Shown here: piece after piece, positions 12,912-27,567 of the stretch | How the letters are laid out: every line of letters begins with the position of its first letter | Numbering within the stretch: the first letter of the stretch is position 1 | The notes under the pieces: generated by a model | The model's input: the letters and a program-made list of their open reading frames with translations, nothing else | Databases searched by the model: none | Told to the model about the DNA's origin: nothing | Assembly: GCA_964016885.1 (NCBI GenBank) | Contig: OZ024740.1 | Location: forward strand, 257,114,001 to 257,178,000 | Reading direction: 5' to 3' | Length of the DNA: 64,000 nt | DNA from: Eledone cirrhosa | Lineage: Eukaryota | Position numbers and translations under genes: made by a program

Positions 12912-15490
12912 CAGATTAAAGTTTAAGCAAAGAAATCTTCTGAAACTAAAAAAATCAATCTGTGAACGCAGACGTAAATATTTCAAAAAACGTTGCAGCC
13001 GAAGGAAGACAGGAAGACGATACTTTGGTTCGTGGAAACGTTTCCTGGCAAAGAACGGATAAAGACAAAGACAATACGTCATTATTTGGTGCGGTGAAAA
13101 CAATTACACGCAAAGACAAAACCACGTTTATGCTATAAATGAAGTCGTAGACTAATATTCTATTAAGTGGTTCGTGGAGACATTCTCTGGCAATGAACGG
13201 AAGAAAAGAAGATAGTACGTCATTATGTGGAGCGGTGAGAACAATTACACGCAAAGACAAAACCACGTATATGGTATAACTGAAGTCGTAGACTAAAATT
13301 CAATTACCAAACCGAATGATTCCCGGCTTCAGAGTTAAGAATAAAATAAATAAAATACAGAGGTAATTGAAATTAAATATATACCTGCACGCAACCATAT
13401 ACGTGCATACACAAGCATACGCGAAAACACCCGCAATGGGTATGCCAATACAAGCACGTACAAAACCCCCCAAAAAACCCACGCACGCACATACAAACCC
13501 CACACAACGCCTGTAAATGCACGCATACGAACGTATAATCCAAATACACATAAAATATATATAATATATGTATATATGTGTGTGTGAGTGTGCGTGTATA
13601 CATATAATTATATAAACGTATAGAAATATACACACAAAAATACGTATTAACGCGCTCACACACATACCACCTGTAAATACACATGTGTACGCAGACTTAG
13701 TGAACCAAAACACAAAGTAAACATATACACACACCCTACATATGTACGAACCCGCATACTCACACAGACGCAAAACTCACGTATACGCATAACCATATGC
13801 ACATGTACCAGTAAATAAAACATATACAAGCAAATATACGTACGAGAAAGTATACGTACTTTCACAAAGCATACAGGTAAAATATACTTACCTATACAAA
13901 TAAGTAATGGTATAAACATAACATATACTTAGCTACCACATCAAGACGTAAACTATCCGCGTATAGTTCGTACTATCCGTCAGGGTATAATGTGGGGCTG
14001 TAATACAGGAAAGTTTTGTGCAATTTATGTTTACAAGCCGAAATTGCCTCAGATTTTTTGTTTAAGATGTAGTCTTTGGCGTAGAGTATTTCCATGGCCT
14101 CAGCGGCGCAGAGGTCACATGGTCTTTTATTTCCGTTATACGATCTAGCTTCAGCTAGGATCTCCCAGTGTAACTTATATTGGGTGTGGCTGTCTTTTAG
14201 ATTCCAGATATAAGCTGAAAGTGACGTCATATTCCTTCTTAAAGGGATAAGAAAAGAATGGGTATGCATGTAAAGACGCTGCTTGAATCTATTGGCGGTT
14301 AACCTTACATAGGCCCTACTGGACGTGGGTGTTTCAACCTTACATTTGTAGACAATGTTATTAGAGAGGCATTTCCGGGATAGAGGGCAGTCAACCCTAT
14401 TCCTACAATTACAGTTAGTACTAGCTACAGGGTTACACGTGTTCCTACGGCTAGGTAGTTTAGCTAAATTTGAAGCTGTGATGTTATGTACCAGGTTAGG
14501 AGTCGTAGAGTAAGACATTTTAATGGTATTTCTATTAAAAATTGTACTATATTCATGTGCTGGGGGGAAATGCTTCATAATAAGAGAGAGAAAGATCTTA
14601 GCTAATGGTGTGGCCACCTCCATATTATATGGTGTGTTATACCATATAATTGTTTCTAGTTTTGGCACAAGGCCACCAATTACTCAGTGCATTACTGGTA
14701 CATTATTTTATCGACCCCGCAAGGATGAAAGGCAAATTTAACCTCGGCGGGATTTGAACAATGCGTCGGGATCTACTTTTCCTAGGTATATTTTCGTACT
14801 CTGTATATGCTACCTTATCGACAAATCCACTCCGAGCAAGAGCTTCATTGTAATATGTGGAATGGTCGTTAAAAATATGCTCGTTTGTAGATAGACGGGA
14901 AAGCCCCAAAGAAACGTTTCTTACCAGGTTCTTGGTTATGCTGGCAGGATGGTTAGAATGCTTACTTATGTAATTAAGCGTATCATTCGGCTTTCTATAC
15001 GGGTTGTGAAAGCCATTCGACAAATTGAGGGTAAAGTCGAGGTAATTAACGATCGAGAGGTTGGCCTCAACCTGTATGGAGAGGTTGAAGCCTTTAAAGA
15101 AGGCTGTAAGTTCTTTTCTGAACCTGTCGCAAGCACGTAGGCCGCACTTAATCATGGTCAAAAGACCATCATCGCGGTACAAACCACCACCCACGTTGGG
15201 GAATTCTTCCTTGATAGAGAAAAGACGGAAAAGGCCGATAATATCAGTAACCTCCGCAGAATCGCTGGGGCCCATACTCACGTCGAATGGGGTACTATTA
15301 GATTTTTTAATCGAAATAGAGTCGTCGAAATTAATCATCGACTTACGGGCATTGAGGATGACATCGACTTCGAAATCCTTAACCACTCTGAGTGTTTTAG
15401 CGAAATTGATAGCTCTAAGAAGGAGTGGTAAAGTGATGGAGGAGTAGTAATTATTGATGTCGAAATGGATAAAACGGCAACTGTTATTTT
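12905..15490 (-). mobile_element. Penelope-like element (Naiad-type), 5'-truncated and SINE-interrupted, with 3' UTR/pLTR
   Basis: RT: FDVSMGPSDSAEVTD, GGLYRDDGLL, YRKPN. Linker CNCRNRVDCPLSRKC. GIY-YIG NIVYKC...AYV, CDLC, CKH. About 140-bp tandem repeats at 13020-13300. Confidence 0.9.
14650..14760 (-). mobile_element. SINE family A inserted in the PLE ORF
   Basis: Splits the peptide RKSRSRRI / IWYNTPYN. Confidence 0.85.
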
Positions 15491-15582
15491 AATAAATATT
15501 TGCTCTACGGTTCTTATATATTTGATATATATTTATCCTTATCGAGCACTCTTTCGATTTTAGTCTTCAAATTTATTATTAT

Positions 15583-15624
<42 letters not shown>

Positions 15625-16319
15625 GATACAAGGATTGGCTTTACAAACATATATATATATACGCACGCATACACAACCTTAAACATATACACAAATATAC
15701 AGCTACTTATGAATATCAAATATCTGTAATAAATGAAATACGCGAGTGCCAACTGAAAATAGAAAATAGAAATAGAATGTTCCAGCCGTATTCCTCCCAC
15801 TACTCGACCCTTTTCTAAGCTTCATCCAAAGCCACCATCAACACGAACAGAAACCGCACTACACCTCCCACACAATGTATACCCACCAAATCACACTCAT
15901 AGCACTTTAACTTCTCCAATCTACACGCACTGCCCGTAGCGCATCCACCGCCACTACCAATCCTCCTCCACCAATCTACCACCACATCATATCCCCTTCA
16001 TAAATCCATCCCCAACCCCACCATACACCCTTTACAAATCCACAATTATATTTGTTACCCAATCCAACCCCAAACTACCTCTCGCCACAGTCTACTGCTT
16101 CCACCACCTGTTCCTCACCACCCCACAACTACACGGCAATGTTTCACTACGAGAACAGTTCCTGTCAACAAATGGTAATTTATGAGACAAAACCCTAACA
16201 AATTTCTCTTTTATTCTGTAGCTGTTGTTTTCCTTTCCAGAACTGAGAAAAATCCGTTCAGGACAAAAAAGAAAAAAAAAGAAAGCACCAAAAAATAATC
16301 AGTAAAAGTTATACAAATA

Positions 16320-16374
<55 letters not shown>

Positions 16375-16797
16375 GAAAAAAAACAGAAAAAAAAAAAAAA
16401 CGATTTCGCTTCGCAATCACAACCGCATGGGTTCAGTCCATTACGCTGGAACTTGTCTCTAGTTCACCAATTCCATGTGAGCGGAATTGGACAGTCGGGG
16501 ATTTGCAGAAACCGGTTGTGTATAATGTATATATTTTTTTTATTTTAACCATGAGAATTTTCTAATGAATCAATTGAATCCCGACCTGTTCAACACAACT
16601 TCCACCATCACCACCACACCACCATAAAATACATATATATAAGATGAAAGTCTGACAGAAAATTCCCATATTGTCTAACGACACACAGAATATGAGAATA
16701 AATATTTTTTTTTATGTTTGATAAGATTGATATACCATTCGAAACCTAACATATTTGCCAAAATTTAAATCCATACAATATAACAATTATAAATATA

Positions 16798-19100
16798 TTG
16801 GCGGGGTCTGATCTCCACATTCAATGGATTCGATTAAGCACCTTTTATCCGAACAGAAATACTCGGGCATTCGTATTGAGACACCAGGGCAACAAGAAAC
16901 TGACCATCGAATCCATACTCCTGCAAAACTTTCCACAGCAGGTCCCGACGAACGTACTCTTATGCATTTTCGAGGCAAACAAAACAAAAAATATACCTAT
17001 TGGCAATACTCCAAAAATTTACCAGCCGCAGTGTGAATATTTGGTCGGGTGTGCTGCGTCCGAGGCGAAAACCGCACTGTTCATCAGCTAACTTGGACTT
17101 GTCAATCTACCTTAATCTATTTGCTAAACATTTAGCTTAGACTTTACCGGGCAGACTTACGAAGGAGATCCCTCTGTAATTGGAACAATTTCTCTTATCT
17201 TCTTTTTTAAAAATTGGGATTACCAGTCGCGATTACCATTGCTTAGGTGCGTTTCCAGAGATCCGGGTCACCCAGCACACCTGAGTAAGCCAGAGAATAC
17301 CTCTATTTAAGTCTTTTTAACATCTTGCGCCGGATTCTATCTTCTCTTGCGGCTTTTCCACATTTGAGCTGTTTAAATTCTCTTGTGACCTCAGCCCCTG
17401 AGAGATTAGTCACCGCTCCCAATTGTACCTCATGTACATCCGAGGATACTGTTGTGATCGGGTTTAGGAGATCAACAAAATATTCTCTCCACTTCACGAG
17501 GGCACAAGAACTCCAGACTTGCTGTTGATAGTCGGCGGATGGTTTGCCAGGACACTTTATTTGTTGATATGAAGTTGGATTCCAGCTTAACCCCAAAGTC
17601 CTCCCATGTCTTACTCTGGACGCTTTTACTGTCGCTGCTGTGATATTTCATGTCTGTTTGTACCGCAAGTGCAAGTAGGAGGAATTATTTCGAAGACAAG
17701 TTTGTAGGTCTCCTTCTTTGCTCGGAGGGCAACTTTGGCTACTTGATTGAACCATGGATCCTCCTGCCATCCGGTACCACACCAAGTCTCTTTCACTCGC
17801 CACATTTAACTGCTGAAGCAGAAACTGCTGTGCTGAGCAGCCTCAACTCTTTCTCAACATCAACAGTTTACTCAGTAAATCTGGATGTATTATTATCTGC
17901 TTACCATGTCCTCACTTCCTTATCCACAACGCTTCCCATAATATTCTGATAGTCATCTTTGGCTTCAGGTAGTTGTATTTCAGACAACTATGTGGTGATC
18001 AGTTGACAGCTCAGCCTCTCTCTTAACACGAACATCCAGCCCAGAAGCAAAGAGATCTGAGATAAGAACAAAATCAATTATTGATGTCTGTCCATGATTC
18101 CCCTTACATCATGTATATTTGTGGATGTCACTGTACTGGAAGAAGGTGTTCATAATAGAGAGCCCATTGCTAGAACTGGCGTGTAGAAAGGCCTCTCTAT
18201 TTATATTTAGATCGGGATTGCCCTTCCTTCCAATCAATCCTTTTTATATCAGGTTGTCTGCCAACAAGTGCTTTGAAGTCTCCCATTAAGATATATGACT
18301 CAGTCTTAACGCTGCAGTGATTTCATCAAGGAAAAATCTATATTCGGGCTCTTTGTTTGGTGTATAAACTTACACCACCCACAGAGACTTGACTTTCAGC
18401 CTAAGCTAAAAAGGCAAATCCCCTCTCCTAATGGGATCCAGTTCACAGCACATTGTGACAGCCGGGGGCTGGTGAGTATCCGCACTCCCACCTGTGCAGT
18501 CATTTCAGGCACCACAACTGAATAGTGAAGTTTCTATCCTCCATCCAATTCTACAATATCGGAGATAAAGAATTTTATTGAGAAAGCCTCGACTATATCT
18601 AGCCGGTAGCAACTAGCCTCCTCCACTTGTATCTGGTCCTTACTTGTAAGGGTTATGATGATCCAGGTTCCAATTATCAAGGTCTATCCCACGCTTCACA
18701 GGATAGGTCTCATGCCCATCGCAGGCTTTGCGGCATGAAATATAGACTACAATATTTTTAGGAACAGGCCACTCTACTTAAAGCCTGAATGCGTCCCGTG
18801 TTAACCCGCGCAAAGGAAGAGGTGCTCTGGCTATTTTTCGTTCCTTTCACCATATTGCAGTTTTGGTGGTCTTATTCGGGCCAGAGTTTTCTTGGGACTT
18901 ACAGTTATCACCCATTACTCCATCTCCCCTAGTAGTTCACCGTTGCTTATTCCTTCGGCAGTCACCCGATTATATCGCAACACAACATCATGTCTAGTGG
19001 TCGTATCACTATCTGCCACCTGCGACGAGTTGCCTAGCAGAAAGTATCAGCCGAGAGCTGGTGCAGTAATGCGCCAGCTTCACCATTCGGTAATCAGAAG
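16798..19100 (-). mobile_element. RTE-clade LINE, 5' part (APE endonuclease + N-terminal RT), degenerate
   Basis: Minus-strand peptides WREYFVDLLN, LKCGKAAREDRI, IPIFKK.DKRNCSNYRGIS, DEQCGFRLGRSTPDQIFTLR. Confidence 0.8.
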
Positions 19101-19119
19101 TGGGTAGGGGTAAAAGCCA

Positions 19120-19633
19120 ATCTCGCTATCTTCAATGTTTGGTAATCCTTACCTATGGGCATAAATCTCGCGTAATGACCGAAAGAATTCGATCGTGAAT
19201 ACAAGCGGCCGAAATGATGTTCCTCCGAATGGTTTTCGGAGTTACTCGATAGAGTGCATAGTTCAGAAATCAGGGAGTCACTCCAAATAGAGCCGCAACT
19301 TCTCCGAATTGAGACATGGCAGCTCCGATGCTATGGACATGTGATTAGTATGAAATAATTTTACTGACAAATTTTACTAGCAAAACCAACCGAGAGGAGG
19401 CCCAGGAGTTGACCCCGAGCAAGATGGCTGGATAATATGAATGAGCTTGGCTGGTCTCGCTTGGGAATCCAGCCGGATCAGTTGGAGAAGATTGCTTTTG
19501 ACAGGAGCCGCTGGAAGAAGTCTTTAAGGACGTTGCACCCACGACCCTCTCAGGAATAAGAGAGCGAAGAAGAAGAAGAAGAAGAAGAAGAAGAAGAAGA
19601 AGAAGAAGAAGAAGAAGAAGAAGAAGAAGAAGA
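19120..19633 (+). mobile_element. RTE-clade LINE 3' end with (GAA)n tail
   Basis: LTYGH..MTERIRS*IQAAEMMFLR, QLRCYGHV; tail (GAA)n at 19567-19633. Confidence 0.8.
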
Positions 19634-19699
19634 TTTTCACAAATTTGTCGAAAGAATAGCCGACATTTTTTTCTTGTGGGAAGTAATGCTATTTAGAGA

Positions 19700-19925
19700 C
19701 GGACGTGAGTGAGGAGACGTGGGTGTAAAAGTACAATCCGGAATCAAAGGCTCAGCCATCACAGTGGAAGCATCTAATATCACCAAGACACAACACAGCA
19801 CGTCAGATACGGAACATGTACAAGGTAATGCAAACCGTTTTCTTCGAATACCGAGGCGTTGTGCATCATGAATATACATTAGAAAACATTACAGAGGAAT
19901 ACCATTGTCTAATCATACAGCGTAC
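19700..19925 (+). mobile_element. Mariner (Tc1/mariner) transposase relic
   Basis: EETWV*KYNPESKAQPSQWKHLISPR...ARQIR..KVMQTVFFEYRGVVHHEY, matching the region after the first catalytic D of mariner transposases. Confidence 0.85.
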
Positions 19926-19946
19926 TAATCCTACGGCGGTACTTCC

Positions 19947-20020
<74 letters not shown>

Positions 20021-20023
<3 letters not shown>

Positions 20024-20602
20024 CTATTCCAAAGGCTATTCCAAAGGCTATTCCATTTCAGTCAACAACTTCTTGGCGAGACAGATCTCTCTCTCTTTGT
20101 TTGGTTGAGCACACTTCTCTGGGTGGTTTTTAGGCTGCTCTTTCTAGCAGCTCGTCCCTCAGATACCACTGGTTTACTGCCCAACGCACGCTGTGACATC
20201 TCTCTCCTACGTGTAGCTGGACGGTCGCTTTAGATTCTCTTAGAGTTGTTTGGAATGTATAGTCTTGCACGCGCTAATGAACAATAGGCTATTCCATTTC
20301 AGTCAACAACTTCCTGGCGAAACAGATCTGTTTGGATTTTCACGCGTGTGTTATATAGTTATAGAGGTGCGTATATACATTCTAATTTATATTTTTAATT
20401 ATTGTGTGTCTACCCTGCCTTCCATAGAGTATAGATTCCTTACACTGGTGGTTTTCCCTGTTTGTTTGATGGCGCACTATCTCTCTTTAGTGTGTTACCT
20501 TTTCAATATATTGTATTTTAAAGAGCTCAGAATTCCTTTTCCTTTCAGCACATTATTGACAGGGAATAACTAGAGTCTATGGCACGGTTAATTTCTCGTG
20601 AT
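20021..20602 (+). repeat. HHR-bearing non-coding repeat (534-bp family), between (TA)n tracts
   Basis: Homologous to 52161-52980; HHR at 20268-20348. Confidence 0.85.
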
Positions 20603-20787
20603 ATATATATATATTGAGTATATGTTGGTTGTATACCAACACCTCAGTATGCAGATTGGAGCACTCGACGAAGTGATTCCAGTTCCTCAGTGAAATAACA
20701 ACCCAACCAGGAACTGGGCATATCAGAGTATTGACACAGTTATACACCTCAACAACATATGTACATGTCTATACCGCATTAATTCGG

Positions 20788-20842
20788 ACTGCCTGAAGAG
20801 GTCACAGCCAAATATGGCTGTCACCGAAATATATATGGCAGT
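20788..20842 (+). ncRNA. Hammerhead ribozyme, cleavage triplet mutated
   Basis: actgc-CTGAAGA-ggtcacagcca-aata-tggctgtcacc-GAAA-tatata-TG-gcagt. Confidence 0.7.
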
Positions 20843-20939
20843 AATAAACGAAGTTAAATTTTAATCATTTGACTTATTTATTTCATTTTATTTTATATAT
20901 AAATACATATATATTTGTATATATATATATATATATATT

Positions 20940-20985
<46 letters not shown>

Positions 20986-21169
20986 TATATATAAAGATCT
21001 CGTTAAGTGTGAAGGCAGCGATTCTTTCCTTAAACTTTATTCTGTTATATATATTATATATATATGTATATATATATATATTTATATATATATACACACA
21101 AACACAAATACACTCACACACATAAACACACACCCACACACATATATATATATAAAAGTCTAAAGTCTG

Positions 21170-21435
21170 TCTTAAGCCAGAAGTCTCATTTGGCCGGTGT
21201 ATATCTCGGTTTCATGGCGTGAAGCGACTGGGCGTACAGGACTCCCCCCTGGACAGGACGCCAGTCCATCGCAGGGTTAAACATCCAGCTATTGTTGGTA
21301 CTCATTTTCAGGTGAGTATACTGGAGCAACGTAAAATGAAGTGTTTTGCTCAAGAATACAACACGCAGCCCAGGAATCGAACCCACAACATTATGATCGT
21401 AAGTCCAACACTCTTACCACTAGGCCACGTGCCTC

Positions 21436-21436
<1 letters not shown>
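21170..21436 (-). mobile_element. tRNA-derived SINE family B (Meta/V-domain-like body)
   Basis: Minus strand: TGGCCTAGTGG box A, GGTTCGATTCC box B, then ccctgcgatggactggcgtcctgtccagggg; copy at 35170-35447. Confidence 0.8.
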
Positions 21437-21500
<64 letters not shown>

Positions 21501-21501
21501 T

Positions 21502-21556
<55 letters not shown>

Positions 21557-21557
21557 T

Positions 21558-21920
<363 letters not shown>

Positions 21921-22213
21921 TACCCACTCTACTACCCCAAGTATTGAGTACTTTGGTGCGTTATGGTCCACCTGGTTCCTTACCACATTTCCTTCGTTAT
22001 ATATATATATATATATACATACATATGTGTGTCTGAGTGTATATAAACAACGAAATAATGCGATAAAGAAATGATGAATGAGAAGACGAAGGAGGAGAAT
22101 AATGACCAAGTGTTTGCTGGATAATGTTGATTAGATAGAGTGTGAGTATATGTATGTGCATATCTGCAAGTGTATTTATATATATGTATGTATATCTATA
22201 TGCGTGTATGAGC

Positions 22214-22353
<140 letters not shown>

Positions 22354-22902
22354 CTGTGTGTGTGTGTGTGTGTGTGCGAGTAATATCTAAATACATAGGG
22401 TACCATTAGCGGGAGACCAAATGAAAACTGTAACTCTATAGACCCCTGCTATTAATAACATCACACTGATATATGTTTCAACACCCTTTATATTCGTATC
22501 TTAACAAGAGCCAGAAACATCCTTCTAAAGTCACGCCAGCAACAATTTTTTAGGTGATGGGATAGGACAATCAGCTCATAAACCTCTCAAAGATAGAGAA
22601 AAGAGACAGCGTGTGATGGAGAGAAGAGAGGGAAAATGGTGGAATAACGTCTTTCCACCATGAACCACTATATATATGTGTGTGCGTGAGTGTGTGTGTT
22701 TCAGTAGAACAATTAAAAAAAAGAAGAGAGCTCTATGTATGGTACAGAGCTATTTAATTACATAATAAACAACACAATATGATTATTCCATTACCAACCC
22801 TTTTAAGAAACTAGGGTATTCTTACAGAAACCTCAAGGCCGTTCATCAGATGAAATAGTTAAATTAATATATATATATACACACACGCACAGACACACAC
22901 AG

Positions 22903-22941
<39 letters not shown>

Positions 22942-23360
22942 CAAATATAATTTCAGCGAGATTGTACTTCGGCGGTGGGTAAACCAAAACGAAACGCAAT
23001 CCTCGAGAAATGCCGGCAAGCGCTCAATGGACTAAGAAGAAACCAGAGCAATTAACATGTATTATAAAGGCCAGATTAAATGAAAACAGTGGTCGTGAAG
23101 CCATCAGCCATCGTAGCCGAAAAAACGAAATAAGCTAAACAGGTGAACAAAAAATTACCAGGACCTCATGGAAAGTGTTGGTAAAATCCATTGGGAGGTT
23201 TCTGTGACTTAAATCAAGTATATTGTCTGCTTTCATTGTAGGCTTTTGGTATAACGATCGAACAAGGTAGCCATTTCGTCAACTATATTTCTGTTCTCAG
23301 CCGCCTACTGTGTTCCAATGGAGTAGCATTGAAGTGACTACCCCACGTGGTTATCCAGCA

Positions 23361-23455
<95 letters not shown>

Positions 23456-23599
23456 TTGAGAAACAGCATGCAGGAGTTTTAACGAAAATATAATTTAACC
23501 TCATAACAAACGTTTTGATGATCTAAAACGGAGAAAGCAGGTTTTGCTAATATCAATTTTTATAATCAATTTTTGCACATTATAAAGATCTTATATACG

Positions 23600-23665
<66 letters not shown>

Positions 23666-23696
23666 GTATATGTATATATATGTATATATGTATATG

Positions 23697-23757
<61 letters not shown>

Positions 23758-23792
23758 GTATATGTATATATATATATGTATATATGTATATG

Positions 23793-23839
<47 letters not shown>

Positions 23840-24049
23840 GTATATATATATCTATATGTATATATATGTATATGTATATATATGTATATGTATATATATA
23901 TCTATATGTATATATATATCTATATGTATATATATGTATATGTATATATATATCTATATGTATGTATATATATATGTATATGTACATATATATGTATATG
24001 TATATATATATATGTATATGTATGTATATAAATATGTATATATATATGT

Positions 24050-24100
<51 letters not shown>

Positions 24101-24140
24101 TAAAATGTTCGATGAAAATCGTAGGAAAACAGAGTCAAGA

Positions 24141-24893
24141 TAAATTAATAAAAATAATGAATAAAAACAAAGAACAAATTCCTTATATTAAAAAATTCAT
24201 CATTTCATGATCTTTTCTAGGATGTATATGTGTGTTGGTATGTATATCATATAGATCTATGTAAAAATATTACAAACTATCAGAGGAAATATACATACCT
24301 TCTCATATACGTGCTAGCTTCAGTAAAGATGAGATTTGTTTATTGAAAAAAAAACGAACAACGATTTAATATAAAAGGTCTGTTTGGGAACAGGTTTTGA
24401 ATTGACCAAAGAAAAGTAGTTAGAGGTCAAGTTGATAGAATAGTAGTAGTTGAAATTTAATTTAGAGGTAGAGGAGTGTGTTGAATGAAAATAATATTTT
24501 GAATGAAAAGAATACTTTGGGGATGAAACGAGGTCAAGCCAGTGAAGGGTACACGATAATTTGATGTTATTAAAGAATAATGTTAAAAACGAAGGAAAAT
24601 AAAATTTTAGGGTAACGGTATTAGTGAGAAATACCAATCTTATTTAAACCACAAGGAATCTAGATCTATAACGAAAAATTAAATTAATTGATAGGTATAC
24701 TAATAAGGATAATTTCATATTAATTCATATAAATGTGATAAATAAGAATTAGATGTTATTAAAGAGTGTTGTTAAAAACGAAGGAAATTAACATTTTGGG
24801 AAAAGGGTAGTAGTGAGAAATACCAATCTTATATAAACTACAAGGAATCTAGATTCATAACAGGAAATTAAATTAATTTATAGGTATACTTTT
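24141..24893 (-). repeat. Inverted copy of the PLE pLTR at 26209-26967
   Basis: Reverse-complement match over about 750 bp with scattered mismatches. Confidence 0.9.
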
Positions 24894-24897
24894 ATAC

Positions 24898-25207
24898 CTT
24901 GAGGATGAAAAACTCAGAACTGTATGGGAGCATCCCAAAAGTCAGCTGAAAAGTGACACAGAGGAGACTGAGGTTAGCTGGGCATGCTCACCGACATCCA
25001 GAGTTTACATTGCACTCAGTGCTCCTTTGGGAGCCCCTACATGGACACACTAGAAGAGGAAGACCAAGGTTAACGTATGTTGATGCCCTAAGGACAGACA
25101 CTGGTCTGTTGGAGACGCAGGACATGGCAGCGATAATGAGGGACAGAGACCGCTGGAGAGAACACATCCACGGATCTTGGGAATTTTAGCCGCCTTAGAT
25201 TGATAGA
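24898..25207 (+). mobile_element. RTE-like LINE 3' fragment
   Basis: ELYG..PKVS..TQRRLRLAGHAHRHPE...VLLWEP.HG..RRGRPRLTYVD. Confidence 0.8.
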
Positions 25208-25209
25208 TA

Positions 25210-26957
25210 CATAAGAAATTCACTAATAGTAACTTTCTTAGTAAACATCCTGATACATCGTATAAATATAAAAAGCAATACCGAAACCGTAATAGACGGG
25301 TTACTTGGTATAATACTCCATTTAATCTACAAATTAAAGATAATGTCCCTAAAAATCTTTTTACTATCCTAGAGAAAATCTTCCCGCCAAACCATACATA
25401 CCATCAAATTTTAAATAGATCAACTGTCAAATGTTCCTACTCCACTACCACAAATATACAGCAAAATATAAGTGCGTACAACGCATATAAATGTAAAAAA
25501 AACCACGAATATACCACCAACACATCAAACCAACCATAATACTAAAATAAACCGCAACAAACCACCATCTCCTTCACCTATAACAAGTCGAGTAAATTCC
25601 ACACCAAATTTGACTAACTCCCCTGATATAATATTCACGAATGGTTGTAACTGTAGAATCAAAAGAAATTGCCAATTAAAGGGAATTGTTTTATTAATAA
25701 CATAGTCTATAAATGTAAAATTAGCAATAAGGACTCCACTTATTCATATATAGGAGCTACGTCTAACCAATTTAAAGTAAGATTTAATACCCACAAACAT
25801 AGTTTTAAAAATGCTGCATTAGCTAATACAACATCCTTGGCTGAAACAATTAATAATTATAGAAAGAAGATTATCGATTACAATCTGACCTGGAGTGTGC
25901 TCAAAAGGGCCACCCCTTATCAAAATAACAGATACGAGTGTAGATTATGCTCCCAGGAACCTTTTGAAATCATGAAATCTAAGGATATCCTATTAAATAA
26001 GCGACAGGAATTAATTATATCTTGCAATCATAGAATTAGAAGAACCTTCAAATATTATAAACCTAATTAATATACACCTTACACTTATATTTTACATATT
26101 ATTATAATTAGGTTTTTTAATTTAGTTAACCTATAATTAGTACTTTACTACAGAGAACTTCATAATTTTATTTCCCTCTTACAGCTTTCTTTTCCTAAAA
26201 TTAATACCTAAAAGTATACCTATAAATTAATTTAATTTCCTGTTGTGAATCTAGATCCTTGTAGTTCATATAAGATTGGTATTTCTCACTACTACCCTTT
26301 TCCCAAAATTTTACTTTCTTTCGTTTTTAACAACACTCTTTAATAACATCTAATTCTTATTTATCACATTCATATGAATTAATATAAATTAATCCCTATA
26401 AGTATACCTATCAATTAATTTAATCTGGTTATAGATCTAGATTCCTTGTGGTTTAAATAAGATTAGTATTTTTCACTAATACCGTTACCCTAAAATTTTA
26501 TTTTCCTTCGTTTTTAACATTATTCATTAATAACATCAACTTTTCGTGTACCCTTCACTGGCTTGACCTCTTTTCATCCCCAAAGTATTTTTTTCATTCA
26601 AATATTCTTTCCATTCAAAATATAAGTCTGCACTCCTCTACCCCTAAATTAAATTTCAACTACTACTATTATATCAACTTAACCTCTAACTACTTTTCTA
26701 TTGGTCAATTCAAAACCTTTTCCCAAACAGACCTTTTATATTAAATATGTGTTCGTTTTTTTTAATAAACAAATATCTTCATTTCTGAAGACAGCACGTA
26801 TATGTGAAGGTATGTATATTTCCTCTGATAGTTTGTAATATGTTTACATAGATCTATATGATATACATACCAACACACATATACATCCTAGAAACGATCG
26901 TAAAATGATGAATTTTTTTATATAAGGAATTTGTTCTTTGTTTTTATTCATTGTTTT

Positions 26958-26967
<10 letters not shown>
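25210..26967 (+). mobile_element. Penelope-like element (Naiad-type), 3' part plus pLTR
   Basis: RRVTWYNTPFN, CNCRIKRNC.LKGNC, NIVYKC...YSYIGAT, CRLC, CNH. Confidence 0.88.
26780..26907 (+). ncRNA. Hammerhead ribozyme with ~100-nt stem II
   Basis: cattt-CTGAAGA-[long hairpin]-GAAA-cgatcg-TA-aaatg. Confidence 0.7.
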
Positions 26968-27037
<70 letters not shown>

Positions 27038-27096
27038 ACGATATTGCGTTTCGTTTCGCTTTTTCTACCAGCCGAAATACGATTCTCGCTGAATTA

Positions 27097-27134
<38 letters not shown>

Positions 27135-27139
<5 letters not shown>

Positions 27140-27531
27140 AGTTATATTTAAAATTGTTGGGTTACAACTAGTAAATATTTATAACTGATATAAAAGCACT
27201 CGACAAATATTTGGAGTATATTTACAATATTAAATAAATGGAAACTATATTTATAAAACCATATTTATTTCATTATATATATTTCAGGGATATCATATTA
27301 ACAATATGCTATGCCTTCCTCAGACAAAATACAATATAAACAGTTTTATAGATAAATAGATTCGACATACCGTAATAACATCGACTTGCATTTGAAGAGG
27401 TTGATATATCAACCTCTTCAAATGCAAGTATTTTGTCTGAGGAAGGCATAGCATATTGTTAATATGATATCCCTGAAATATATATAATGAAATAAATATG
27501 GTTTTATAAATATAGTTTCCATTTATTTAAT

Positions 27532-27538
<7 letters not shown>
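27135..27538. mobile_element. Solo fold-back pLTR of the Naiad-type family, with HHRs at 27266-27331 (-) and 27429-27494 (+)
   Basis: Near-identical to 42764-43030; inverted arms 27223-27331 and 27428-27538. Confidence 0.85.

Positions 27539-27567
<29 letters not shown>

Noticed and set aside
22820-22856. CTGATGA on the minus strand (also ctgaaga at 50515)
   Set aside because: No properly placed GAAA or closing stems
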